Source: Styela clava (Eukaryota). From it: a stretch of 64,000 bases of DNA. The notes under the pieces are model-generated. The model saw only the letters and a program-made list of their open reading frames with translations. It was not told the origin of the DNA and made no database searches. A program made the position numbers and the translations under genes. Positions 1 to 12,300 of the stretch are shown here, piece by piece. The DNA is taken from assembly GCF_964204865.1 (NCBI RefSeq), contig NC_135256.1, forward strand, positions 11,346,001 to 11,410,000, given 5' to 3'. Numbering within the stretch: position 1 is the first letter of the stretch; every line of letters begins with the position of its first letter.

Positions 1-501
1 GTATATGGACACCGTATGATATATGTTCAGGCTAATGTAACTCTCTCTTTTGTCCACACAGTTTTCAGGAATTTTTAGCATGATTTTGTCAAAAAATGAG
101 TAGGTGGCTTTATTCTTGTGGAATTTGTATAGTTACTTAATCAGATATAACAATATTGACACTAATTAGTTTTGAAAACTTTAGCTTGCAATATATTGGT
201 CCATAGACTATGTGAAATCATTGTTTTATATGTATGTGCGGAGGGGAGTTCATGAAATAAATTTTGAAAATCATCCTATGGCCTTTGTTAATGCATAAGA
301 ATCTACTCCTTGATAGTAGGCTATGTGTTTTTTTTCCAAGTGTTTGGTTTTTAAGAACATTTGTTAATCAAGATTGTTTGGTCATTATTTTATCTTATAT
401 TCTGTCATCACCGATTGATTTTTCATCTGTTGGCTGCCGTTTTTTTTTAATGATTCTACTTATATAAAATCAGTCAAAATTAGCTTTAGAAATAGTAAAA
501 A

Positions 502-1407
502 ATGAGTGCTTTGCGCCTAAGATGCAAGTCTGAACATGGGACACAAGTTCTTAACAATCTTACATCATCTTCAACTCTTCTTGATCTGATGGAAGCTATC
601 AAGAAGATATGTGATATAGAGATTAACGCACAGAAGATTCTCTCTGGTTTCCCTCCAAAATCAATGAAATTGGAAGACAAAACATTGACTTTGGGATCTT
701 TATCTATCAAATCTGGAGATACATTTACGGTGGTAAATGGGAATAAAGCAAAAGACACATCGTCCAATAATCCGGAAGCAGACAGGTCCGATAAACCACA
801 GCCTGGTGTAAGGAGAAAAGAAGTACCTGCGGATAACTCGTGTCTATTTTATAGTGTTTTTTATGTACTCGAAGGTTTTCTAGAATACGAAACGGCAAAA
901 AAACTAAGAGCAAAAATAGCCGAGCAAGTCACCAGTGATCCAGAGAAATATTCAGAAGCAGTTCTTGGGAACACCCAAATTGAATATAGTGCTTGGATCC
1001 AAAGTGATACATCATGGGGAGGTGCAATTGAGCTTGCAATACTTTCGGAAATATTTAAGGTCGAAATTGCAGCGGTCGATATAAAATCACTTAGGTTGGA
1101 CATATATGGCCAAGATAAAAGTTACAGCAGTCGAGCGTATTTGATATATGACGGAATTCATTATGATCCATTATATTTTGATTCGTGTAATAAACAACTG
1201 CCACTGCAAACTATATTTTCATGTGAGGACCATGCAATGTTGACAAAAGTGATGGAGCTCGCTGAAATTGCACACAAAGCAAGACAATTCACTGATACTG
1301 GTAATTTTACTCTGATATGTGTTACTTGCCAGAAAAAATTGACCGGTCAAAAGGAAGCACAAGAACATGCAAAACAAACTGGACATGGTAACTTTTCAGA
1401 GTGTTGA
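502..1407 (+). CDS. YOD1: Ubiquitin thioesterase OTU1/YOD1, intronless, 301 aa
   Basis: N-terminal UBX-like domain (ILSGFPPK), OTU catalytic motifs VPADNSCLF, WGGAIEL and IYDGIHYD, and C-terminal C2H2 zinc finger (CVTC...HAKQTGH). Confidence 0.95.
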   Translation: MSALRLRCKSEHGTQVLNNLTSSSTLLDLMEAIKKICDIEINAQKILSGFPPKSMKLEDKTLTLGSLSIKSGDTFTVVNGNKAKDTSSNNPEADRSDKPQPGVRRKEVPADNSCLFYSVFYVLEGFLEYETAKKLRAKIAEQVTSDPEKYSEAVLGNTQIEYSAWIQSDTSWGGAIELAILSEIFKVEIAAVDIKSLRLDIYGQDKSYSSRAYLIYDGIHYDPLYFDSCNKQLPLQTIFSCEDHAMLTKVMELAEIAHKARQFTDTGNFTLICVTCQKKLTGQKEAQEHAKQTGHGNFSEC

Positions 1408-3379
1408 CAACGATCTTCCTGGTTATTATTCATATTCTCACGCTGTGATATAAATACATCAGAATATCGATGCCTCATTGCCAGCTATCAATTTAGACTC
1501 CAAATATTACGCAAACTTTGTATTATTTAAAATATTGGATGTTCAATAATATTGAGAAACTTTTTTGATTATAAATTGTTCACTTTAAAGATTGATCCCA
1601 TCGTGACAGGGAAGCTGTTTATGATAGTTGGCTGTCACAGCCTATAAATCCAGGTCGCTCGTGGAAAAGCTAGCAAATTTAATTGAAAATGTGATAGTAA
1701 TCGATCCACAGTGTAAATTTGCACTGGAATGATAACCAGGCCCATTGCCTTAAATTATAAAATAGCAGATATTGAAAAAGATGCATGTTTTCCCCCCGCT
1801 AGCAAGAGTTGACTAATGACTTCACTAAACAAGAGTTCATTCACTTGAGAGGCTCCAGCTCTGACCATTTACACTTTCCAGCTCGTAAATTTCAATTTAT
1901 AATATTAATTTGAAAGTTTTAAGTTGAATTCATATTTAAAACCTTAGTCTAGAACCCCACGTCATTTCACGTTTATGAAAATAGTAAGGCTTGATGCTGG
2001 GTTTCTGTGACAACAACCACCCTCCATTACTAAGTCATATACTTCCATCAAAGTAGCATCATAACACGCTTGGTTTCTGACCTGCTACCGGCAGAGAGTC
2101 ACAAAGGGCAAAGCTGTTTATTGTTGCATCAGTAATATAGTCTTCCATTTCATTTATTTGTGCTTGAAATGGTACCCTGGACAACCTGTCTGTGTTAGTG
2201 TTTCGTCTTTGATTTGAATTAAATTTCAACTGAAATCCTAATATAGTTTTGAGATCGGCCTCAACAGAACAACATTCAACAGCTGATATTTCATGGTAGT
2301 AGCCACACTTTATAAAACCTCAATGGGCCCAGCTCGCATGTAACAAGCGCGTGACATGATCATAGAAGTAAAACAGCTTAATACAACAACCAGTCAACTC
2401 TTTTCTAACCAACACTCATCTATCTATATCTGATACCTTACTCGCCATCATTCCTTTCAAAAAAAAACATATATTTAGTGACAAATGTATAAAAAGCAAT
2501 AAACTTTATATCGAGTGTGTCCGGAAATGAACCATCAACAACATTATTCTTTAATTGGTTCAAAAAATATATCTGTTCAAGAAATATTTGCACCGGTAAC
2601 ACAATGGAAAAAGAAGTAACAGAAGACAATAGTAAGTCACTCCAAATGAGAGTGGGGCAGAAATTAAATACTACTCTATCAAAATGAATGAGACTCAAAC
2701 CCACTCAGTTGAAATTGACTGAAACGATATGCACGACTCAATTCGAGTCTTAATGATAATTTGTTATCGCATTATCCAACAAGGACTCGAGAAACAGGTT
2801 ACGTAAAAGCACAAATTTGGCAAAAAGACAAAAATGGAACATTTAGAAATTGGGCTTGACAAAAAATGTATAAAACAATTGATAAGAGTGGATGCCTTCA
2901 GAGTAAGTGCACCTAATAAAGATAAAGTTCATATTGGATTCATTTATGGTTGATAAAGTAGTTTGTAAAAGGGAAAAATGTATCAAATCCAGAGACTATC
3001 ATTAGACATCCTGATTTGGTCAACCACACGTTCAACCTTTTTGACATACCAGTAATTGCATGACAATAAATCCTTTTAAAACGTTAAAATGAATAACAAC
3101 TACTTCATATAACCCATGCGTTCAATAACTGCACACGCCTAGACTAGTCATTAGTGCAATGGTTTTCAATAACACATTTGATATGTCCGCCGTACTCTGA
3201 AGAAATATATTACCGACCTTAAATTGTAAGTTTAATCATCACGCAACTCGGCAATAAATTAATCGCGATTTTCAATTACAGAACCACAATAAAGTACTAC
3301 TAATTAATATTGATTCATTTTGACAAAACAAAGTGCAATAAATATTGAAAGCTAAAAAAATAACTCTGCAACTTGGCGG

Positions 3380-6300
3380 CTAACTATTGTTCTTCTTTTT
3401 AGGCATTCGTTTCATTGATTGAGGACTATTTGGTGTATGAGATTGAGTTTTTTGATTAGTTGGTGATTGTAAAATATCAGATACAAGTTGTCGATGATCT
3501 ATACATTTGAGCAGCATTGTTTTTGCTTCTGATATTTGATCCGACACAACGCGACATCTTTGTAAATTTGCCTGAAAAGAAATTGAAAAATAAATGAATT
3601 GCTTGATAATTCAGATATCAGATGGAAATATAATTTTGTATCAAAAAAGGGCCTTGTTTACTAAATCACGTTTACTTGCCTTATACCAGCTATAGTTATT
3701 TATATTATATCAAGTCACTGTCTGTACACATCGGACAAACCATGACATTTTCCATATCATATGCCACAATTGGATATGTATTATAGGATTGCATTAAGCT
3801 GTTGTATTTTACATTCTATATCAGGAGTCGGCAACCTTTTGTCGCTAACGGGCCAAAATTAAGAGTTGCAAGTCTTGGCGAGGCCACACATATTTTTGAA
3901 AAGTTAAAAATATGACAGATGGCCGATGAATCACATTTTTTTCACACAGATCAAAGTTGAAATCAAGAACACCGCGACAACTTGTGAACTCAACTTAGAC
4001 GTCTTACTAAAAGAAAAAATAATTACAAATGACAATTAATGTGACACTTTGCATCACGCTTGATAGATTTTCGACATTACAAGAAAAACTATTTTGGATT
4101 GAAGTAAGATAGATTGCATTGGCCAGCTTTTGTTAGATATTCCATAGTTTCAGGCACTTCAGTGTTTGCTTGCAGCTGAAATCCCGGTCAGTTGAATCAA
4201 CGAGGAGAACTGTTGACAAAACCACTGCAATATGGTATTTGAAATATATTTGGCACGAAACTAAGAGCAGAAACACTGACCTGTGCCAATTCTTCAATAT
4301 TCGAAATTTCGTCTTTAACTTTGTTAGACCGTCTGTCTAGTGGTGTTGATGGTGAATTCACCGGTCTGTTTTCAGTGGTTCCTGATATGGAACCAGACCT
4401 CGACGATCTTGTAGATGTGGCTTTACGGAAGGAATTTGATAATGATGTAGGAGTGCCAGGGGAAGGTGATGCTAAATTGTTCTCAAAAGTTGCATCCGTT
4501 ACGAGTGAGGATTTATATTCTACAAGTCCATTATAAACAGCTTGCATTTTTTCGTATACATCCTTCTCACAACCAACCTGAGAAAGAGATAAAGGGGGTT
4601 AAACTAATAATTGTAAAAAGGTTGCTAGGATATTGTATATTTAACTGAAGGCCTGTTCTGCTTGCCTACTTCCTGTTTCGAATACCTATATGTTCACTGC
4701 CACAAGAATACCTAAACAAAATACTACTGAAAATAATATAAAAAACAACATTAGCCTGTATTCCTTTTAAAAAATAACAATATATTTTGGAGCTTTTGTT
4801 CGATTAAAGTGTAGCTTCTTCAGACAAACAAGATAGAAAATAAGCAAACATCAATAATACTTGCTATTTAGTGGAAAGAGATTGTATCATATTTATATCT
4901 ACTATCAGATTATGGTTTCAATATTTGATGATAAGTTTGATCACCACAGTTAAACTTCACATTTGTAATAAATAAAAAAAAACATCTAGTTGAGACTTAC
5001 CATATCATCAAGTTGGAATGCGAATCTTGCTATTTTAAAACCTTTCAACCTTTTCTTATCGCTTCCAAGATCACTTACTGTCGTCTTTTTTTCTAAAAAA
5101 CGGAGAAAAAAATAACAGTTTATTCAATGAGATTCAAGTATGTATCATATCTGATTTATGTTACGCATAACATACCTTTAACTCTGACATCAGAATAATG
5201 CAGGTAATGATTGCTGATTGGTCTTGTGTGAGGTTTTGCTTTATTTAAAATTGCAACAGACGGCCGCTTACGTGAAGCTACGTACCTGCGTAAAAAAAGA
5301 ATAATTTTACTTGTATTTGACATCATGCAAAAATATAAGAATGGGTATTTAAATTTCCTTGGTAGCTAATATATCAAAAGAGGTTGATGCAAAATGAAAC
5401 GCAAAAGAAATAAAAAAAAATGTACAAACATATAATTTACCCACGACTAATTACAAACAAAGTAATACATAGAAATGAAAATTACCTGACGCCATTTCGA
5501 TCAGTATATTCAGAAAGGGGTTTCGATTCACTTAAAGTTGGTGACTTTGAAGCCTCTGTTTTTACATATGATGAGGATTTGTTGTGACTTTCTTCTTTTA
5601 TAACTTTTTTGCTAGCTTGTACTTCAGTTTTTGTTTGCCGATGCAAGAGAGCTGATGGTTTGTGGCCTGAAATTTAAGATAAAATACAAATAGAGTATTT
5701 CTGACACATACGTCTCCGAAGAGTGCAAACAAGAAGACTCAATATAATTTCCTTTGGTAGTTTGAATTGGAACCCCATATTGAAAATTGTTATATCTCTT
5801 GCCAATTCAAGTATTGAGTGTTGAAAAACTGTGGCCACTTTCCGCAATATTGGCTTTAGAAAAATTTACTGATATATTACAATATGGCATAAAAATTTTA
5901 CCTGGTAACTTTACAGATGGAGTTGTTGAAACATCATGAGCTGAAGTAATATCAGCCATTGGTTCGTCCTCACATTCATCAGCATCATCTGTTGATTCTT
6001 CGTCTTCCATAACAACCTCGGGTGGATCTGAAATCATGACTATTGTTAATCACAATTGCCTATGTTCATTGACTGAAACATCCCCTTTAATAACAGCGAT
6101 TTTTTCATGAGGTAGTAACAAGAAGAAGAATAACAACAACAGCATAATAACAAAAGGTCCACTTTGTGTCCAATAAGTAATCTCATTTTTTAAACCAACC
6201 TTCTGAAACAATGTGAGTTTGTTTTCTCGGTCGTTTTCTGGGAGATAATCCAGTAAGCTGATCTACATTGTTCATGTTTGTCCATAATTTAGCAGGTGAT

Positions 6301-9300
6301 ATTGCTGATATCAGGTGATTAGGTGGAGTATGATTTTGAAGTTGTGTTATGATGTTGTCGACAGAAGTTTTAGGATGTTCTGTAATGGACTGGTGCTCCT
6401 TTTTAACATGATCGAATGCAGATATTCTATAATCATAAATATTGTTGATTAGAGAAATGTAGCAATATGTGATTAAGAAAAATATAGAAGGATAACACAA
6501 GAATTCAATTCCACTCTTTTACCGTTGCTTCTTTCTGCCTTGAGCAGGGTTCCCCTTTCTGAGAAGAAATCATCTTCTGGTAGGAGGTTCATTGTTTTGA
6601 AGGAGAAATTTTTATTTGCATGTAGTATTACTAATATTCTTCACTTATTTAGTATTATTGTAATACATATTTATCCGCACATTATAAACCATTTGAATGT
6701 ACAAAAGGCAGATACTAGAAAAAACTGAAACAGACGTTTTGTGCCTAACAAGGGAGGATGAGGCGTTTCAGAATATGCAATGGGTGGAATGTATTAAAAA
6801 AAAGGTGGGAACATGCATAAGAATTGCATTTTGATCCGGAAGAGTAAAAATAGGTATCACATACAATTTTTTCAATTGTTATCAAAGTATGAAGTATTCC
6901 ATACAAGTTTATGCAAAATTGATATCCTCCAGGTTTTGGCAGTATTCTCCCCGTAATGCTCACCAATATAAAAAACAAACAAACAATACAAACCTTTCAC
7001 CAGGGTGATTTGAATCGGGCCGCATTCTTTGATGAATGAAAGAATTAACGTTGTGATTTACAGGACCAGTGGGTAAATAGGGTTGTGGTGCAGTGCCAGT
7101 AGACGATGCCACGACAGATGGTGTAGACTTGATGACCTGGGCAGCCTTTGATCTTGGTTGACCAGGATATAACGCTGGCTTTGTAAATATTGTGTTCGTC
7201 TTGATATGTTGCCCCGATGCTTGCGTCACAATACGGTGTGGCACGTTCGAAGAAATTTGTGGGCTCTAAGAACAGTAAAAATTGTTACAATTACACAGGG
7301 ATGGGAAATTCAGAATATTGAATGAATTCGATTTCAACCATTGCACAATAACTTTGATATTTTAAGTAAACTATTTATTAGTTGACGGCCGACATTATCT
7401 CTAGCAAGCAAACAAGTGCCCCAATTTCTCTTGTTTTGTCGCTTGCTTCTGCAAGTTATGCACACACACAAGGCAAAATAAAAATAACATAGGATTCGTC
7501 ATTCTGGATTTGATTTAGGTATTCTAGAATAGTATTCTACAATTACATTACAATTCAACTATTATAAAATGTTTGTAAAGACGCGGTTCAATATTTCAAA
7601 ATCTTACCTCGGCAGCGTAAGTATGCATCGATTGATTCTGAAAATGCAATTTCTGGCTCGCAGAATCTGAAGAAGTAGTTATAAGAGGAATTAAAATCTG
7701 TGTTTAGAAGTAAGAAAAAATGAGTCTATATTTCCAGTTCAAACTGAGATGATTACTAGTATACCATTTTGAAAACTAAGGAGCCTTGCTAAGTTGGCTT
7801 GCTAATTTTACTTATATGGTACTTATTCATGTTTTCAAAGCCATGTACATGTCCAAACGGCTACTGATATCTAGCGATATGCAAGAAAGTACTATTTCTG
7901 TGAGGGCCGAAATATTCCGAGTACCAATTTATTTCATGAATGAAGTTTTTATACAAAGCGTGTGGGCCGCACTAACAAATGTTGGCCTCAACACAATCAC
8001 CACATTAAACTTCAAATCATGACACACCTGCTTTCTATTCCTGTGTTAATTACCACTAACAAGTCAGCCTACTACAAAACAAATAACCTAGCACTGCCAT
8101 TGTTACAACATAAATCCGTTAACAGATAATATATTTCAGAGCAATTTTTTTTTTTAAATTGAAAGTGGAGTCTTTCGAGGGCCCCGAAAATTTTGGCTGT
8201 GGGCTGTATTTGGCCTACGGGCCGCAGTTTTCCGATCATTGTGTCTATACTTACTTGATTCAGATTTTACAGGAGTATGTTGTTGTTGCTGTGAAGTTGT
8301 ATGAAAAGCTGAATGACCAGGAGGTTCCATTTTTACTTGTAAATCAATGTTTAGAGGGTGTATTGAAAACGATTGATTTGCGCCTTCTTTTGCTAGAACG
8401 AAAAATGAATTTTAAAATATGAAAAAACAAAAAAAATTAAAATCACTTCGACTATAAAAGATGACATAACTTACCAGGATTATTGGAGAATTGTGAAGAA
8501 TGAGTTTTTATGCTGTTCACCTTCAACGGTGTGATACCATTACTTGGAATGATTTTATTCCCATATACTAGAAACAAAGATTAAATTTTAAACTATTATA
8601 AACAGTCAATCATTCTATATTGAAAGCTATGGATTGAAAAAAGGATGTCAAATTTTTTAAATGAACTAATAAATGCTTGTTAAAGCAGGTTTCTCAAACT
8701 GGGCACTCGGCCCCAAGTGGGCCATGGAGCTGTACTCTAAGGGGCCATGAGAAAGACCTTTATCAGATCCTTTTGCTATGACTACATCAATTCAAAGTGA
8801 ATCGTTCGAATTTAATAAACGAATAAATTCTTATTAAAGCAGAGTTCAGAGAAGATTTCTTGAACTGGGCCCTCGTCCCCCAAGTGGGCCACAGAGCTGT
8901 ACTCTAAGAGCCACTAGAAAAGGCATTTACCAGATACCTTTTGCGATGACTACATTAAATTAAAAGTAAATTGATTGTGAAATTCTTAGACTTTAATGCG
9001 TTCATTCTTTTTCTTTCGTTTGGTAGTTTTACGTTTTCGGAACATGGGTAATAAATGAGAACCCATATAAAGCAAAACTGTGTGTTTTTATATAAGGACA
9101 AGGGCCAAAGTGTTGAGAGTCTTTGAGAGAAGCCACGGATAATTAAAGTCAATAACCCCTAGTTAAGATTCACAAATTAAAATAAGAATAAATACAATTC
9201 TTCCCATTAAAATTGCAGCATTTATAAAACAACACCATGTCAAATTTAAGAAGACGAACCTTGATTTGGCAACACAGGTTTGGTTTCCCCTTTTTCATTT

Positions 9301-12300
9301 TGATTTCCCGCAGTCGGTACGATTATGGGAACATCTTTCATTTCTCCAGCGTTATTTGTTAACTTTTGTCGATTTATATGATAAGGAGCAGACCTGTAAT
9401 AAGGCAGAATCAGATTGTCAGTTTCAAGTACAAATTTGGTTGAAACAATTTGATTATCGGTAAATAAAGACAAATTTGATAGAAATCCTACAAAGCTAAA
9501 AAATTCATTTATTTTTAATAATGTATCAAGTTGAATATGACATAAAGTTAACATTTGTGCAAAAATTTATTTTGAGAAAAATGGAGCAACCTAATTATGA
9601 AATTCATCATATCAAAACCTTATACGTCGCCCATTAAGCTGAATAGCTATGTAGAATCATTTGGCGAAAAACATGCACGATGACAGGCTTTTCAAAAACT
9701 AACAAAATTCAAGATAGAACAATGAGTTTCTTTTCAAGACAAAAGTCATTTTCTATAGGAGGTCCATTTCTAGTCCTAATTGATTACTGCTAACTAATAT
9801 ATTACAAATATATACCTTCTGTCATTTGGTAAAGTGTGGAAATCTCGACGTTGATTTGGAAAGTTTGATGCAGATGTGAATGACAACTTTTTAAGAACAT
9901 TTGAACTGGAAAAAAAAAAATTGAAAAACCATTCGTGAAACAAATACCCGAGAAATAGGAATAAATTAGAAGACTGCAAATAACACAGCAACCAAATTTA
10001 TTTATCACTGTTTAAGATAAAAAATTCTAATTAATTGTCCTATCACATTTGAATCATTCAAAATCTTTTCAATGAAATTTCCTAGAATTCTTGTAGGAGC
10101 AAGACACAAGCACAAAAATTAGCTAATCATCGTTACCTGTCAGGCCTTTGTCTTCTTAATATAGCTGGCTTCGGAGACATTGTCGGCGTAGAAGGGCCAC
10201 CACCACTTGGCGGGTTGACTTGATTATGAGACGTATTGCTTCGATTTGCAGTATCAGTGACTGTGCAAATGAAACACGAATTAGAAATGACAATTATTAT
10301 TCTAACAAAAATAACACAAGACATCAGCAAGTGAAAAAAATGGTTGCTTGTTGGTAGTTGACAAGTATATTTAATAACTGCATCAATAACTTGCCAATTT
10401 AAAAATTTGAAATATGAAGCCCATTAGTAGGAAAAGACTGACTCTAGATATTTATAAGGCATCTAAATCCATAACAAGGAAAAAACATTGTTTGTAATCT
10501 TTGTTACAAAAAGAGTCAAGATTGTTATTATCATCCTATACAAGCAATGTTATGATCCGAATTGATACATTAGTCATATCTGTTATACAGATGTAAACAA
10601 CAAGTAGTGACAATGAAACGAATGTCTGAATATTTCACCTTGCAACAAAGAAGGAGCTGCACCACCAGAACCTTGTAAATGTGTCGTTAAAACGCTACTA
10701 CCATGTTGAACTCTTATTGCTGTTGCCACCTGATGTGGATTCGATGTACCTAAATTGAAAGATTAAAAATTTTGGGTTAGAAAAAGTATCCACAGCTATA
10801 AACCATGCTGTGCATTCATAAATTCCAGTGGTCAAGAACTCGGGTCCATAGTAAGATATTAAGATTCCATAAGCTTTTCATGTACAACATAAAATCCAAA
10901 TAAACTACTCTTCATTGTGGTACTGCAAAGGAGAAAAAAATCAAAGGCAGCCCTCTAGTAGAGACCATTTCTAAATAATATTATTAACGAGAATATCGGT
11001 CAGAGACCGAAAATTTATCGATCGAAAGTTAGGGGATCCCACAAAACAGCGCTCTTATTCCATAGTGACACCTTGTGTCCCATCACTAATCAAATAATAA
11101 CTCGCTAATTATACGACATAATTCGCCCAAAATAAATAGGCTTCTGGTCCGAGATAAGATGAATGCACATGCAAAATCTGGAGCAGATTCAATCTCGCTT
11201 TCGTGAGATATCGCGTGCATCTAACAGACAGACAAATACCCATCAACATACTTACCGATTAAAATCGATAAGTAACTAGCTTATTAGGTCTTCACAACCT
11301 TAGCAAACTGTTTAAAAAGGTCCATAGGATGGAAAATGTTACTACCGGTCGAAGATCTTACAATTATAATTTAAAATATCTAATCAAAAGTGCAAGCAAA
11401 AAACAAAATATTTTACAGTACATATTCACATTTACAGTGAAAGAAATCCTATTTCTTTTGAAAAACAGCGCAGAATATTCCAAGTTTAAAAATAATCAAC
11501 TAACTAAATGGTTTGATTTACTTAGAATGCATTCCTAATTAAATATATTCTAGAATATTTCTAAGAGTTTTCAGAAGTTTTTTTAACTAAATTATCGCAT
11601 TGGCCGTTTGTTCTGAATCTGAGATGAAAAGGAGTCTATCATTTCAACAATAAAGTATATAAATACATGTAACAAAATACAACTTACTTGTTATTGTTAT
11701 GCTGGGTCTTGAAGCAGCAGTACTTCCCGCAGATGATATTGTCTGTTGAGCAGCATAGTTCAAGGTAGTTGGCCAACATAAAGCAACAGACTAGAAAATG
11801 ATTACAATACATAAAGTTCATTATATTCATATAAAACAGCTTTAGCAGTAGTTAACGTAGTGGTCAAAGTAAACAAAAATCAAATTTTTCCCCAATATAC
11901 TTATCATGTCTATGAGTATTACAGAACAAACCTTATTATTTGCTGCAACAGGTATGGTGGATACAATTGTTGACTGTGATGTCATAGCAGTAGAAGTGGT
12001 GGGTGTCGGTTTGATTGAACCAACTTGTAATACCGCGGGACCTGTTGTCCTAGACACCGTTGAACTGGATGTGTTTACTGATGATATCATTGGAACTGTC
12101 AATCGGCCGCTTGTAGCTGTCAATGCTACCCTCGACGTAGGCTGAAAATGTAAGGATTGTAATGCAATTTAATGTCGTAAAATACTAGATTTGTACACCA
12201 ATGCACTTAAAATGAAAGATTTTTTGAATTCAATTTAAACGAAAGTAAAACTCTCTATATTATAAGCACTGTTCTTAGCGAAGGGAAATTAAAATTCTAT

